From Candidatus Hydrogenedens sp. (GTDB lineage: Bacteria > Hydrogenedentota > Hydrogenedentia > Hydrogenedentales > Hydrogenedentaceae), in assembly GCA_049968235.1 (NCBI GenBank), contig JBMFRC010000011.1, positions 35,251 through 99,250 of the forward strand: DNA of 64,000 bases. The letters are read 5' to 3'. Shown here piece after piece: positions 19,206 to 28,362 of this stretch (within the stretch, counting starts at the first letter, position 1; each line of letters starts with the position of its first letter). The notes below the pieces were generated by a model. It was given only the letters and a program-made list of their open reading frames with translations, was not told the origin of the DNA and ran no database searches. The position numbers were made by a program, and so were the translations under genes.

Positions 19206-22200
19206 TTACTTAAGCCCACCACAATAACCATCCTCTTCTTCAGGACATATTCTGTAACCACCCATGTTAAAGAACTGTATTAACCGCAATAATTCATTAA
19301 GGCCAATACGCCAATCTTGTGGAGCATAATCGCTGGTATGCGGTGGACAATTGTGGAATGAATCATTTCTTCCAGGGGCATATCCATCTTCTGTCGAACC
19401 TTCACAATGATACCCAAAGGAGTTAAATAGTTGAATAACGCGAAGTAGTTCTCCTATTTCAAATTTCCAATTAAAGTTTCTATCCGCAGAATGTATTCCA
19501 TGTGGGATTTCTCCTTCTGGCGTGCCTTCCGCAACACCTTCGGGTATGCCCTCTGGTGTCCCTTCTACAATACCTTCTGGCTGTCCCTCGGGTATGCCTT
19601 CTGGCGTGCCTTCCACAACACCTTCGGGTATGCCCTCTGGGGTTCCTTCAACGATACCTTCCGGTGTCCCTTCTACAACACCTTCTGGCTGTCCCTCGAG
19701 GACACCTTCGGCTGTACCTTCTAAGACACCTTCCGGTGTCCCTTCCGCAACGCCTTCGGGTTGTCCTTCCGGTATCCCTTCTGCAACACCTTCCGGTTGT
19801 CCTTCGGGTGTGCCTTCAACGACGCCTTCTGGGGTACCTTCTACGATACCCTCCGGTTGTCCTTCGGGTATGCCTTCGGGAGAGCCTTCTACTGTTCCTT
19901 CACCTTCAGGAGAAGGTAAGAAATCGGAGCAGTCAAGAACGCCATTATCATTCTTATCTGCAACATCAAACTGGTCTTGTGTAATTTTTGAACTCAAAGC
20001 ACGCACTTCCGTTAGAGTTAATTCATTATCACCATTCGAATCGAGTTTGGGTAGCAAATTAAATATGGAACTTACTGCTGTAAATTCTTCAAAAGTTAAT
20101 TGATTATCCCTGTTCTTATCTACCAGATACCATACGCCAGCAATAATTATATCACTCCAACCTGTCAGGGATTTAAATTCGCTTTTTGATAACAAACCAT
20201 CGCCATTGGTATCTCCAAATAGGAGCATAATCAGGAAATAATGTTCAATATCATCAATATCACAGGTAGGAGGTTCCCCTTCTATAACACCTTCCGGGAT
20301 GCCTTCAGGAGTACCCTCAACTATACCTTCACCTTCAGGTATACCTTCAGGAATACCCTCTTGTGTCCCCTCTGGTGTACCTTCCGGGGTGCCTTCCGGG
20401 GTGCCTTCAGGTGTTCCCTCTGGTGTGCCTTCCGGGGTACCTTCAACTACACCTTCGCCTTCAGGCAATACAAAGTCATTGCAATCAAGAACACCGTTTT
20501 GATTTAAATCCACTGCATTTAACTGGTCCATAGTTATATTGGAATTCAGGTTTTGCAATTCTATAAGCGTAAGGGCACCATCGTTATTTCCATCTAATCC
20601 TGGCAACAGGTTATACAACCACTCCACCTTAGAGAACTCTTCAAGAGATAACTGATTATCTCCATTCGTATCAACGGCACTCCATAATAATAGGACAGTA
20701 TCACTCCAACCTGTAATGGCTTTAAGTTCTTCTTTAGATAATAATCCATTCCCATCTGTGTCGCCGAACATAATCAAGATATAGTAGTAATGTGTAATAT
20801 CATCAATATCACAGGGTGGTTCACCTTCAAAAGTCCCCGGACAAGGTGGACAACCACCACCGTTCAGGGTCTGATTAATATCCAGTGCAGAAAGAATAAA
20901 GGTATCTATATCCGTAGGTGCAAATACATAGGCTTTATACTCACCTATATTACAGACTTCATCAAAATCCGGGTCACCGGCGGAAGCAAGGTATTGTCCT
21001 GCGGTTAAATCATATCCGTTTAATGTGAATGTGCCCCAGAACATTAATGTATCAATCACATTCACAATAGAATTGATAAACGATTGTTCACCTGTAGTAA
21101 GGACCCCAGCAACAACATTGATAAATGTTGTGTTCGAGAAAATCGTGCTTAATAATGGAATAGAATCCCATTTGCTTTGAGCCACAACACGATTATTCAT
21201 ATATGCGTTTTTCACACAGCAGAAAATAGGCAATTCCGGATGTGCAAGAATATAATCTAACAATCTTGCCTGTGCAACATCATACATACCATTACCATCT
21301 ATATCCGCTGTATCGGGATTTACGCTAAGGAAAGAAGCAATGCCATATAAACTGCGTAATGCTGTTTCAAACCCCGCATTTACTGCAGTTTGATTGCAGT
21401 TATCCCAGCACCATTCAGCATAACAAGATTCTGGAAGTGGACCCATAATATCGATGCAGTCGAGATAGCCATTGCCATCAATATCATGTTGATTAAATTG
21501 GTCTTGTGTAATTTTGGAACTCAATTGCCTTATTTCAGTTAAAGTTACCTGATTGTCGCCATTCGAATCGAGGTTTGCAGGTAAAAGTCCACCCAAACGA
21601 TTGCTGGCTACAAATTCGTCAAAGGACATAAAACCATCACCGTTTTTATCAATTATCCACCATCCTAAATCTAAAAGGAACCCTGTTACAAAGGCTTTTA
21701 ATTCATTTTTTGTTAACTTACCATCACCATTTGTATCACCAAACATTATTAACAATGCGAAATAGTTTTCATCAGAACGCATATTACAGGGAGGTGGACC
21801 TCCACCTTCGCCTTCACCTTCAACGGTTCCTTCTGCCCCACATGCGGGACAACCACCATAATAATCTGTAATACTACTATTAATAGCCGCATTCACAAAT
21901 GCATCAAAGTCCGCAGGTGTGTTCACAACCCATGCTTTGTATTCACCAATATTGCAGACACCGTCCAAATCCGCATCACCTTTGGCATTCAGATAAACAA
22001 TATTTGAGCCATCCAATTCTAATAAGGAAAGGTCGGGTAAGTTAGGAATTATCCAATTCAACGCTGATAGAATAGTATTAATAATTGCTGTGTTCCCCAT
22101 TGTTGCCAGTGCTGCGAAGAAGGTTTTCATACCTTCAAGGTCTGGTGGCGTTCCTAAATAGGATGGCCAGCCTGTCTGTATGGCAAGTGCTAACGCTTCC

Positions 22201-22574
22201 ACTTTCAAACGATTGCCTGCATACGCCCAATATATACAATTACGAGTGGGTATCCCACCAATTAATGAAAAACTTCCCATAATTGTATCGAATAAACGTG
22301 CCTGGGCAGTATCTTTCATTCCATCAAAATCTAAATCAAGATTATCTGGATTTCCTCCAATTAATGGGATTTTCGCATATAATTCCCGCATTGAATTTTC
22401 AAAACTTTCAGTATATACAGGACCGGGTATTAAATTATTGCAATTAGGAATATTGCAATAATCCACTTCTGCATCTGTTTGTGCAACTGATGAAGAAGAA
22501 AAAACAAAACATACACTCATGATAAGGAACAAAGTTCCTATGTATATTTTGCTTGTATTAATCTTAATGTTCAT
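19206..22574 (-). CDS. giant secreted/cell-surface protein: three EF-hand/dockerin-like Ca-binding modules, Pro/Glu/Gly (EG-x-PEG) tandem linkers, duplicated Cys-containing C-terminal motif
   Basis: Signal peptide MNIKINTSKIYIGTLFLIMSVCFVFSSSSVA. Three paralogous modules, each with FGDTNGDG(K/L)L(T/S)K.E(L/F)K, D.NGDNQ(L/V)(T/S)L.E and D.N.NGVLDC loops (D-x-D/N-x-DG). Two long runs of (P/V/I)EG-x-PEG repeats. C-terminus carries two copies of ...(I/L)GELLR(V/L)IQ(L/F)FN..GY..C. Confidence 0.7.
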   Translation of the reverse strand: MNIKINTSKIYIGTLFLIMSVCFVFSSSSVAQTDAEVDYCNIPNCNNLIPGPVYTESFENSMRELYAKIPLIGGNPDNLDLDFDGMKDTAQARLFDTIMGSFSLIGGIPTRNCIYWAYAGNRLKVEALALAIQTGWPSYLGTPPDLEGMKTFFAALATMGNTAIINTILSALNWIIPNLPDLSLLELDGSNIVYLNAKGDADLDGVCNIGEYKAWVVNTPADFDAFVNAAINSSITDYYGGCPACGAEGTVEGEGEGGGPPPCNMRSDENYFALLIMFGDTNGDGKLTKNELKAFVTGFLLDLGWWIIDKNGDGFMSFDEFVASNRLGGLLPANLDSNGDNQVTLTEIRQLSSKITQDQFNQHDIDGNGYLDCIDIMGPLPESCYAEWCWDNCNQTAVNAGFETALRSLYGIASFLSVNPDTADIDGNGMYDVAQARLLDYILAHPELPIFCCVKNAYMNNRVVAQSKWDSIPLLSTIFSNTTFINVVAGVLTTGEQSFINSIVNVIDTLMFWGTFTLNGYDLTAGQYLASAGDPDFDEVCNIGEYKAYVFAPTDIDTFILSALDINQTLNGGGCPPCPGTFEGEPPCDIDDITHYYYILIMFGDTDGNGLLSKEELKAITGWSDTVLLLWSAVDTNGDNQLSLEEFSKVEWLYNLLPGLDGNNDGALTLIELQNLNSNITMDQLNAVDLNQNGVLDCNDFVLPEGEGVVEGTPEGTPEGTPEGTPEGTPEGTPEGTQEGIPEGIPEGEGIVEGTPEGIPEGVIEGEPPTCDIDDIEHYFLIMLLFGDTNGDGLLSKSEFKSLTGWSDIIIAGVWYLVDKNRDNQLTFEEFTAVSSIFNLLPKLDSNGDNELTLTEVRALSSKITQDQFDVADKNDNGVLDCSDFLPSPEGEGTVEGSPEGIPEGQPEGIVEGTPEGVVEGTPEGQPEGVAEGIPEGQPEGVAEGTPEGVLEGTAEGVLEGQPEGVVEGTPEGIVEGTPEGIPEGVVEGTPEGIPEGQPEGIVEGTPEGIPEGVAEGTPEGEIPHGIHSADRNFNWKFEIGELLRVIQLFNSFGYHCEGSTEDGYAPGRNDSFHNCPPHTSDYAPQDWRIGLNELLRLIQFFNMGGYRICPEEEDGYCGGLK
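19495..19925 (-). repeat. coding tandem repeat: about 18-nt units encoding (T/I/Q)PEG-x-(V/A/L)EG linker
   Basis: Periodic ccttc(t/g)gg... DNA. Generates multiple spurious antisense ORFs in the track (19491..19724, 19502..19984, 19522..20103). Confidence 0.7.
20280..20470 (-). repeat. coding tandem repeat encoding EGTPEG x6 and related units
   Basis: Protein segment PEGEGVVEGTPEGTPEGTPEGTPEGTPEGTPEGTQEGIPEGIPEGEGIVEGTPEG. The antisense ORFs 20241..20507 and 20299..20502 are repeat artefacts. Confidence 0.7.
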
Positions 22575-22664
22575 TGTGTAACTCCTTATTCTTAATTATT
22601 TTTTATAATTAATTCTACCTGAAAAGTTTATCTTATGTAAAAAAATCTTAATAATGGGGGGTAT

Positions 22665-23123
22665 CTAACAAAGAAGAGGGAGGAAAGGTATTTTTGAAGA
22701 AATCTTCATTTCTACATCTTTTGAAAGTGAGTAATATTGCTTTGTGATATTTTCCTCTTTATTTTGACAAAAATTTGTCTCAATTAAATTATTATGATTA
22801 GTTAAATTTTTCAATAAAAGCGAAGTTTTTTCTGTTCTTAATATAGAACTAAATAAAATCATGTTTTTTAATGTTCTGGGTGTGGGAACTTTTGTTTTTT
22901 CATTCTTAATTTTTTGAACAATCAGACACAAATCACGAACATCAATTGTAGAATCCCCGTTCATATCTTTTATTTCTGCAGTAAGTGAGGAGTTCGCTTG
23001 ATTTAATATAGAAGTTAAGACACTTTGCCATAATATAACATTCAGATTTTGAAATGTGCTTATCATCATTAGGGGATATAAAAATAGTCCCAAAACTGTA
23101 AAAACACAAACAAACTTTTTCAT
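22665..23123 (-). CDS. small secreted protein with a single dockerin/EF-hand-like Ca-binding loop
   Basis: Start chosen at Met14 (MKKFVCVFTVLGLFLYPLMMIS, a signal-peptide-like N-terminus). Motif DMNGDSTIDVRDLCLIVQKI resembles a dockerin half-repeat. Lies immediately upstream of the giant protein on the same strand with no terminator between them. Confidence 0.4.
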   Translation of the reverse strand: MKKFVCVFTVLGLFLYPLMMISTFQNLNVILWQSVLTSILNQANSSLTAEIKDMNGDSTIDVRDLCLIVQKIKNEKTKVPTPRTLKNMILFSSILRTEKTSLLLKNLTNHNNLIETNFCQNKEENITKQYYSLSKDVEMKISSKIPFLPLLC

Positions 23124-23260
23124 TTCAAAACTCCTCATATATATATTATAACATATAAACACATAAAATAAATATCAAATTTGATGTTTTTTTTGTTAAA
23201 ATATTTTTGGAGTTTTTTATTTATTTTTTAAGAAGTATTTTTAATTATGGGATTTTGAGA

Positions 23261-24781
23261 ATGAATTTAGAAGCAAGGCAATTTTTGCAACAAAGGCAGG
23301 AATTACAATTATCGTTGTTCCAACAGCAATCATTACAAATACTACAAATGTCGACCATCGAATTAGAACAATACATTGTACAGGAGGCTGAAAGTAACCC
23401 ATATCTTGAAATAGAGTATAAATCATTAGATAGCGAAGTAGAATCAAATCTCCCTCTTGAAGATTCAGAATTATCTTCAACAGGTATAAGCAAGGATCAT
23501 CTCTTTGATAATGATACTACTTATACTCAAGATGGAACCATTGATATGAAGTCTGAGGAGCAATATGCAGATATAACAGAAGAAAAAGATGATATGGCAG
23601 AATTATGGGAGCATGAATACAATAGAACAAATACAAATACGGACCTGAGTTATAACCCGGACATAGATGAATGGGTAGAAAGTAAATTTAATAACATTAA
23701 AAGTCAGGAGACCCTTAGAAGCCACTTGATGAAACAATTATATATTGAGTTTAATGACCCCCAAGAAATCCAGATAGGTGAAAGTATTATAGCTAGTATT
23801 GACTCTCGCGGATATTTTGTTGGAAATATAGAAGATATATCTAAAGAATTTGATGTTACACCTGAAAAGGTCGAAAAAGTTTTGAAAAGAATACAGGGAT
23901 TTGACCCTTCCGGCGTAGGAGCAAAAGATGTAAAAGAATGTTTGCTAATTCAGATTAATCAAATATATCCTGACAATATCCTTCTGAAAAAATTGGTAGA
24001 AGAATATTTTGATGAACTTACCCATCGACAGATTCCCAAAATATCTCGGGGATTGAAAATTGAGCCTTATCAGGTAGAAGCATTGATTGACTTATTAAAA
24101 ACCTTAAATTTGTTTCCTGGACATTTGTTTCCGGAAGAACCAAATAATATCATCCCTGATGTTATTGTAAAATTTACCGAAGATGATGGACTTGCTATTG
24201 AAATACATGATAAGCGTCTTCCCGAAATAAAATATGTGGAACCTATAAAAAAAGAACAGATAAAGATATTACCCAAAGAAGAGAAAGAGCAGATAAAAAA
24301 ATATAAAGATTCGGCAATTCGATTAATAAAATGCCTTGAACTGAGAAAAAGTACCTTATATAAGGTTGCAAGAGAGATAGCAATTTTTCAAGAAGAGTTT
24401 ATGCGTAAAGGAGTTGATTATTTAAAACCATTAACTTATAAAACCATTGCAGACCGTATTAATATACATGAATCAACAATCTCCCGTTGTATTGCGGGTA
24501 AATACATGGCTACCCCACAAGGAATCTTTGAATTCCGTTATTTCTTTTCAGGGGGCATCAAAACAAGTGAAGGTGAAAATGAAAAATCATCGCGTACAGT
24601 TCAGAGCATCATCAAGAGAATTATTGAGGAAGAAGACAAAACAAAGCCTTTAAGTGACCAGCAAATCGCTGAATTCATTCTAAAAAAGGAAGGAATAAAA
24701 ATTGCACGGAGAACTGTATCAAAATATCGGGAGGCAATGAATATTCCTAATGCTTTTGAACGGAAAGTTTACAAGAAGTAA
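23261..24781 (+). CDS. rpoN: RNA polymerase sigma-54 factor
   Basis: Region I Gln/Leu-rich N-terminus (LQQRQELQLSLFQQQSLQILQMSTIELEQYI), acidic region II, C-terminal HTH and RpoN box ARRTVSKYRE. Start set at the ATG giving MNLEARQF (Met19 of the track ORF). Confidence 0.9.
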   Translation: MNLEARQFLQQRQELQLSLFQQQSLQILQMSTIELEQYIVQEAESNPYLEIEYKSLDSEVESNLPLEDSELSSTGISKDHLFDNDTTYTQDGTIDMKSEEQYADITEEKDDMAELWEHEYNRTNTNTDLSYNPDIDEWVESKFNNIKSQETLRSHLMKQLYIEFNDPQEIQIGESIIASIDSRGYFVGNIEDISKEFDVTPEKVEKVLKRIQGFDPSGVGAKDVKECLLIQINQIYPDNILLKKLVEEYFDELTHRQIPKISRGLKIEPYQVEALIDLLKTLNLFPGHLFPEEPNNIIPDVIVKFTEDDGLAIEIHDKRLPEIKYVEPIKKEQIKILPKEEKEQIKKYKDSAIRLIKCLELRKSTLYKVAREIAIFQEEFMRKGVDYLKPLTYKTIADRINIHESTISRCIAGKYMATPQGIFEFRYFFSGGIKTSEGENEKSSRTVQSIIKRIIEEEDKTKPLSDQQIAEFILKKEGIKIARRTVSKYREAMNIPNAFERKVYKK

Positions 24782-24816
24782 ATCGAAATAAGTATTAATG
24801 TAAGCATTTAAATAAG

Positions 24817-24852
24817 AAATAAGGCACAGGAAAGGTTTCCTGTGCCTTATTT
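24817..24852. terminator. bidirectional rho-independent terminator between convergent rpoN and hppA
   Basis: 10-bp perfect inverted repeat AAGGCACAGG / CCTGTGCCTT with an 8-nt loop, flanked by A-rich sequence on the left and T-rich on the right. Confidence 0.65.
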
Positions 24853-24858
24853 TATAAT

Positions 24859-26913
24859 TTATATAAATAATGGAGCTAATACCAAAGCAATAACGCACAT
24901 TAACTTAATCAAAATGTTAATGGAAGGTCCAGCGGTGTCTTTTAACGGGTCGCCGTAAGTATCACCAACAACCGCCGCTTTATGTGCTTCAGAGCCTTTA
25001 CCACCGAAATGACCTTCTTCGATGTATTTCTTTGCATTATCCATGGCACCACCACTGTTTGCCATTTGAATACCTAACATTACACCGGTTATAATAGCAC
25101 CGACAAGGAAACCTGCCAGAGCGGGGGCACCCAAACCAAATCCAATAACAACAGGGATTATAATGGCTAAAATTCCGGGGACCATCATACCTTTAATAGC
25201 AGACTGTGTCGCAATATCTACACATTTCTTGCTATCAGGCATAACATCTTCTTTACCTTCTTTAAGTCCGGGAATTTCTTTGAATTGCCGTCTTACTTCA
25301 GCGATGATAGCATAAGCATTTTTGCTTACAGCACCGAATAATAACGAGCAAAAAACGAAAGGTATCATACCTCCGATTAAACAGCCTGCAAGAATTTTCG
25401 GGTCAATTAAGGATACTTTTGAAGTGTCTAATTTAGCAGATAACATGAACGCACTCAATAAACCAATTGCGGCAAAAGCGGCACTACCAATGGCAAAACC
25501 TTTTCCGATAGCGGCTGTTGTATTTCCGACAGCATCTAAGTTATCTGTAATTTTACGGACACTGGGGTCAAGTCCGGACATTTCTGCAATACCACCGGCA
25601 TTGTCTGCAATGGGTCCATAAGCATCTACGGATAGAACCATTCCTGTTGTAGCAAGCATACCTAAGGAAGCAAGGGCTATACCATACATTCCACCTACTT
25701 TATAAGCGAGGATAACGGCAAGAGCAAGAATAATCGTAGGGATGGCGGTACTTAACATACCTATTGAAGTTCCACCAACAACCGCAACAGCAGGGCCGGA
25801 TTGTGCTTCTTCTGCTAATCTTTGTACAGGTTTATATTTTCCGGAGGTAAAATATTCACTGGTAAATCCAACAATAACTCCTGAAATAATCCCCAAAATA
25901 CATGCGACAGGAGGTCCCCACCATTGATATGCAGTCCCATCTAAATTAAAATTTGTTCCAATCATACGACCTAATAAAAGGACACCAATAATTGTAAGTC
26001 CAGCACTTACATAAGTTCCCCACATTAAAGCACTTTGTGGGTCATTTTTAGCAAAAAACTTAACATAAAATACACCTATAACTGAGGCAACAATGCCCAC
26101 TGATGCAGTAAGGAATGGAAATGAAGTGACATACATAGATTCACTTGCAGAGGAAACAGCAATCATACTTGCTACTGCTAAACTAGCAATGATAGATTCA
26201 ACATACGATTCTAATAGGTCGGCGCCTAAACCGGCAACGTCGCCTACATTATCACCTACATTATCTGCGATAACAGCAGGGTTACGTGGGTCATCTTCCG
26301 GAATGCCCGCTTCTACTTTACCAACAAGGTCTGCACCCATGTCCGCACCTTTGGTATAAATACCACCGCCTGACCTTGCAAACAACGCCACTAATGAAGC
26401 GCCCATTGCATATCCATTAACAATCTGTGCTTCTCCATTAAATAATTTGTAAACTACAACTAAAAGAAAAGTTGCAATACCAACCACACCTAATCCCATA
26501 ACCGAACCACCACTGACAGCCACATCAATAGCTGCTTTTATGCCACCGGCACGAGCCGCTTCTGTGGTTCTGGCATTGGAACGGGTTGCAATAAACATAC
26601 CTAAGAAACCTGCCATTGCACTGGCTACCGCACCTATGATAAAGGCGATGGAAGTTTTCCAGCCCAATGGTAAATCGGGTCTCATCTCCCCTACAATGGC
26701 TATTAATACCGCTATAATAAGCACTGTAGCCATTACATAGCGATATTCGCGTAACAGGAAAGCGAGAGCACCTTCCTGAACCGCTCTGGAAATCCGCGCC
26801 ATTTTTTCATTGCCCTGTGATTTTGTCAACACATACTGAATCATATAGGCAACGACTAACAATGCAAGAACCGACGCCGCTCCTGCAATTTTTAAATAAC
26901 CTAATCCCATCAT
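24859..26913 (-). CDS. hppA: membrane-bound H+/Na+-translocating pyrophosphatase (V-PPase)
   Basis: About 16 TM helices; GGIYTKGADMGADLVGKVE, DNVGDNVGDVAGLGADL and GDTYGDPLKDT signature motifs. Confidence 0.95.
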   Translation of the reverse strand: MMGLGYLKIAGAASVLALLVVAYMIQYVLTKSQGNEKMARISRAVQEGALAFLLREYRYVMATVLIIAVLIAIVGEMRPDLPLGWKTSIAFIIGAVASAMAGFLGMFIATRSNARTTEAARAGGIKAAIDVAVSGGSVMGLGVVGIATFLLVVVYKLFNGEAQIVNGYAMGASLVALFARSGGGIYTKGADMGADLVGKVEAGIPEDDPRNPAVIADNVGDNVGDVAGLGADLLESYVESIIASLAVASMIAVSSASESMYVTSFPFLTASVGIVASVIGVFYVKFFAKNDPQSALMWGTYVSAGLTIIGVLLLGRMIGTNFNLDGTAYQWWGPPVACILGIISGVIVGFTSEYFTSGKYKPVQRLAEEAQSGPAVAVVGGTSIGMLSTAIPTIILALAVILAYKVGGMYGIALASLGMLATTGMVLSVDAYGPIADNAGGIAEMSGLDPSVRKITDNLDAVGNTTAAIGKGFAIGSAAFAAIGLLSAFMLSAKLDTSKVSLIDPKILAGCLIGGMIPFVFCSLLFGAVSKNAYAIIAEVRRQFKEIPGLKEGKEDVMPDSKKCVDIATQSAIKGMMVPGILAIIIPVVIGFGLGAPALAGFLVGAIITGVMLGIQMANSGGAMDNAKKYIEEGHFGGKGSEAHKAAVVGDTYGDPLKDTAGPSINILIKLMCVIALVLAPLFI

Positions 26914-27006
26914 AACACTTACTCCTTTCGTTCAATTAATTTTTTTGTTTTAATCGTCTTTACATTTATTTGTTTATTTTCCTTACTCGCAAACTTTGAT
27001 ATTATC

Positions 27007-27735
27007 TCATACCCATGGTTCTTTTTGTAGGAGGGATAATGCCTTTTGAGCAGCAATCTGTGATGCACTTTTTTTGGTTTTACCCTCCCCTGCTGAAATA
27101 AATTTATCTTCAATAAAAATCCCCATTTGAAATTTTTTCTCGTGGTCAGGACCTTTTTCTTCCAGTAACCGATATTCCGGTAAAGGTATCAGGTTCCTTT
27201 GACACCATTCCTGTAATTTGGATTTGGAATCTTTACTTCCAGATAAATGGAAATCTTGTTTTAGATATTGTTCAAAAATCTTATATATAAATTTCTTTGT
27301 TAAGTTCCATCCTTTGTCTAAATAAAAAGCACCGATGAGTGATTCCAGAGCGTCTTCAAGAATAGTATCTTTATCTTTACCTCCAGCGTTCTCTTCTCCT
27401 TTACTCATAATAATAATACTGGAAAGATTTATTTTTCGAGCTACCTGACTTAGGGTCTGACACCTGACAATAGAAGAACGTAATAAAGTATAGTCTCCGG
27501 AGGATAATCCCGGGTATGCTTTATAAATATATTCGGTAATAGCCAGTTGTAAAACCGCATCACCTAAAAATTCCGTTGTTTCAAACATACAACGATTTAC
27601 TTTTGTTTTTCCACTATAGAATGAAGTATGTGTCATCGCCATCTTAAATAAGTAAATATTTTTGGGCTTAAATTTCAAATTTTTAGCCCATGATAAAAAT
27701 AAACTTTCCCAGTTACCCTCTTTATTTATCTCCAT
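27007..27735 (-). CDS. rnc: ribonuclease III
   Basis: RNase III signature ETTEFLGDAVLQ (ERLEFLGDA-type), catalytic acidic residues, C-terminal dsRBD (GEGKTKKSASQIAAQKALSLL). Confidence 0.9.
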   Translation of the reverse strand: MEINKEGNWESLFLSWAKNLKFKPKNIYLFKMAMTHTSFYSGKTKVNRCMFETTEFLGDAVLQLAITEYIYKAYPGLSSGDYTLLRSSIVRCQTLSQVARKINLSSIIIMSKGEENAGGKDKDTILEDALESLIGAFYLDKGWNLTKKFIYKIFEQYLKQDFHLSGSKDSKSKLQEWCQRNLIPLPEYRLLEEKGPDHEKKFQMGIFIEDKFISAGEGKTKKSASQIAAQKALSLLQKEPWV

Positions 27736-27817
27736 ACGATTAATTTATTTCAAAGGTAATACAAAGTTATTATATTTTATCAAATCTATTCCTTAATATC
27801 CAATTTAAAAGACAGGT

Positions 27818-27854
27818 AAAAAAATCCCTGTGAATAAAATTTATTCACAGGGAC
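27818..27854 (-). terminator. rho-independent terminator after acpP
   Basis: 12-bp perfect inverted repeat TCCCTGTGAATA / TATTCACAGGGA with a 6-nt loop, followed on the minus strand by TTTTTTT. Confidence 0.65.
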
Positions 27855-27873
27855 TATAAGTAATCTTTTTTAT

Positions 27874-28116
27874 TTATTTTATCCGGGATAACACATATTT
27901 AACGGCGTCACCCACGGTAATAATTTGATTGGCATCATCATCTAACTGGATATTAAATTCTTCCTCAAGTGTCATTAACAATTCTGTCAAATCCAGTGAA
28001 TCTGCGCCTAAATCTTCTATGAAACGCGCCTCATCCGTAACTTCGTCTATAGAACGACTCAAACGGTTGGCGATAACTTCCTTAATCTTATTAACTAAAG
28101 CATCCGTATCTGTCAT
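27874..28116 (-). CDS. acpP: acyl carrier protein
   Basis: 80-aa acidic protein with DLGADSLDLTEL (phosphopantetheine Ser motif). Start at MTDTD preceded by AAGGAGGTGA. Confidence 0.9.
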   Translation of the reverse strand: MTDTDALVNKIKEVIANRLSRSIDEVTDEARFIEDLGADSLDLTELLMTLEEEFNIQLDDDANQIITVGDAVKYVLSRIK

Positions 28117-28169
28117 TTTTTCACCTCCTTTCATAAAAATAAGAATTAATTCCCACTTTTGTAACATCT

Positions 28170-28199
28170 ATTTTATCAAGTCAGGATGTTAAATGTCAA
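28170..28199 (-). promoter_or_regulatory. sigma-70-type promoter for acpP (TTGACA-18-TAAAAT)
   Basis: On the minus strand: TTGACATTTAACATCCTGACTTGATAAAAT, about 55 nt upstream of the acpP ATG. Confidence 0.4.
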
Positions 28200-28362
28200 A
28201 CATTTTACATTCTAACAATTAAAATACATACAGATATATGTTGGATAGTTATTCTTACAAAAAAGTTTCAAAAATATTACTTTTTTGCATATCTTATTCT
28301 GTTATTGTATGATTATGATTATCGTTTGAAAGCAATTAAACATAATTGGAAAGGAGAACAAT

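Noticed and set aside
19491-20507. Several plus-strand ORFs (19491..19724, 19502..19984, 19522..20103, 20241..20507, 20299..20502) encoding Pro/Ser/Gly/Val-rich peptides
   Set aside because: They are antisense to the EG-x-PEG tandem repeat of the 1122-aa minus-strand gene. Open frames there are a trivial consequence of the stop-free repeat, and they have no starts with RBS.
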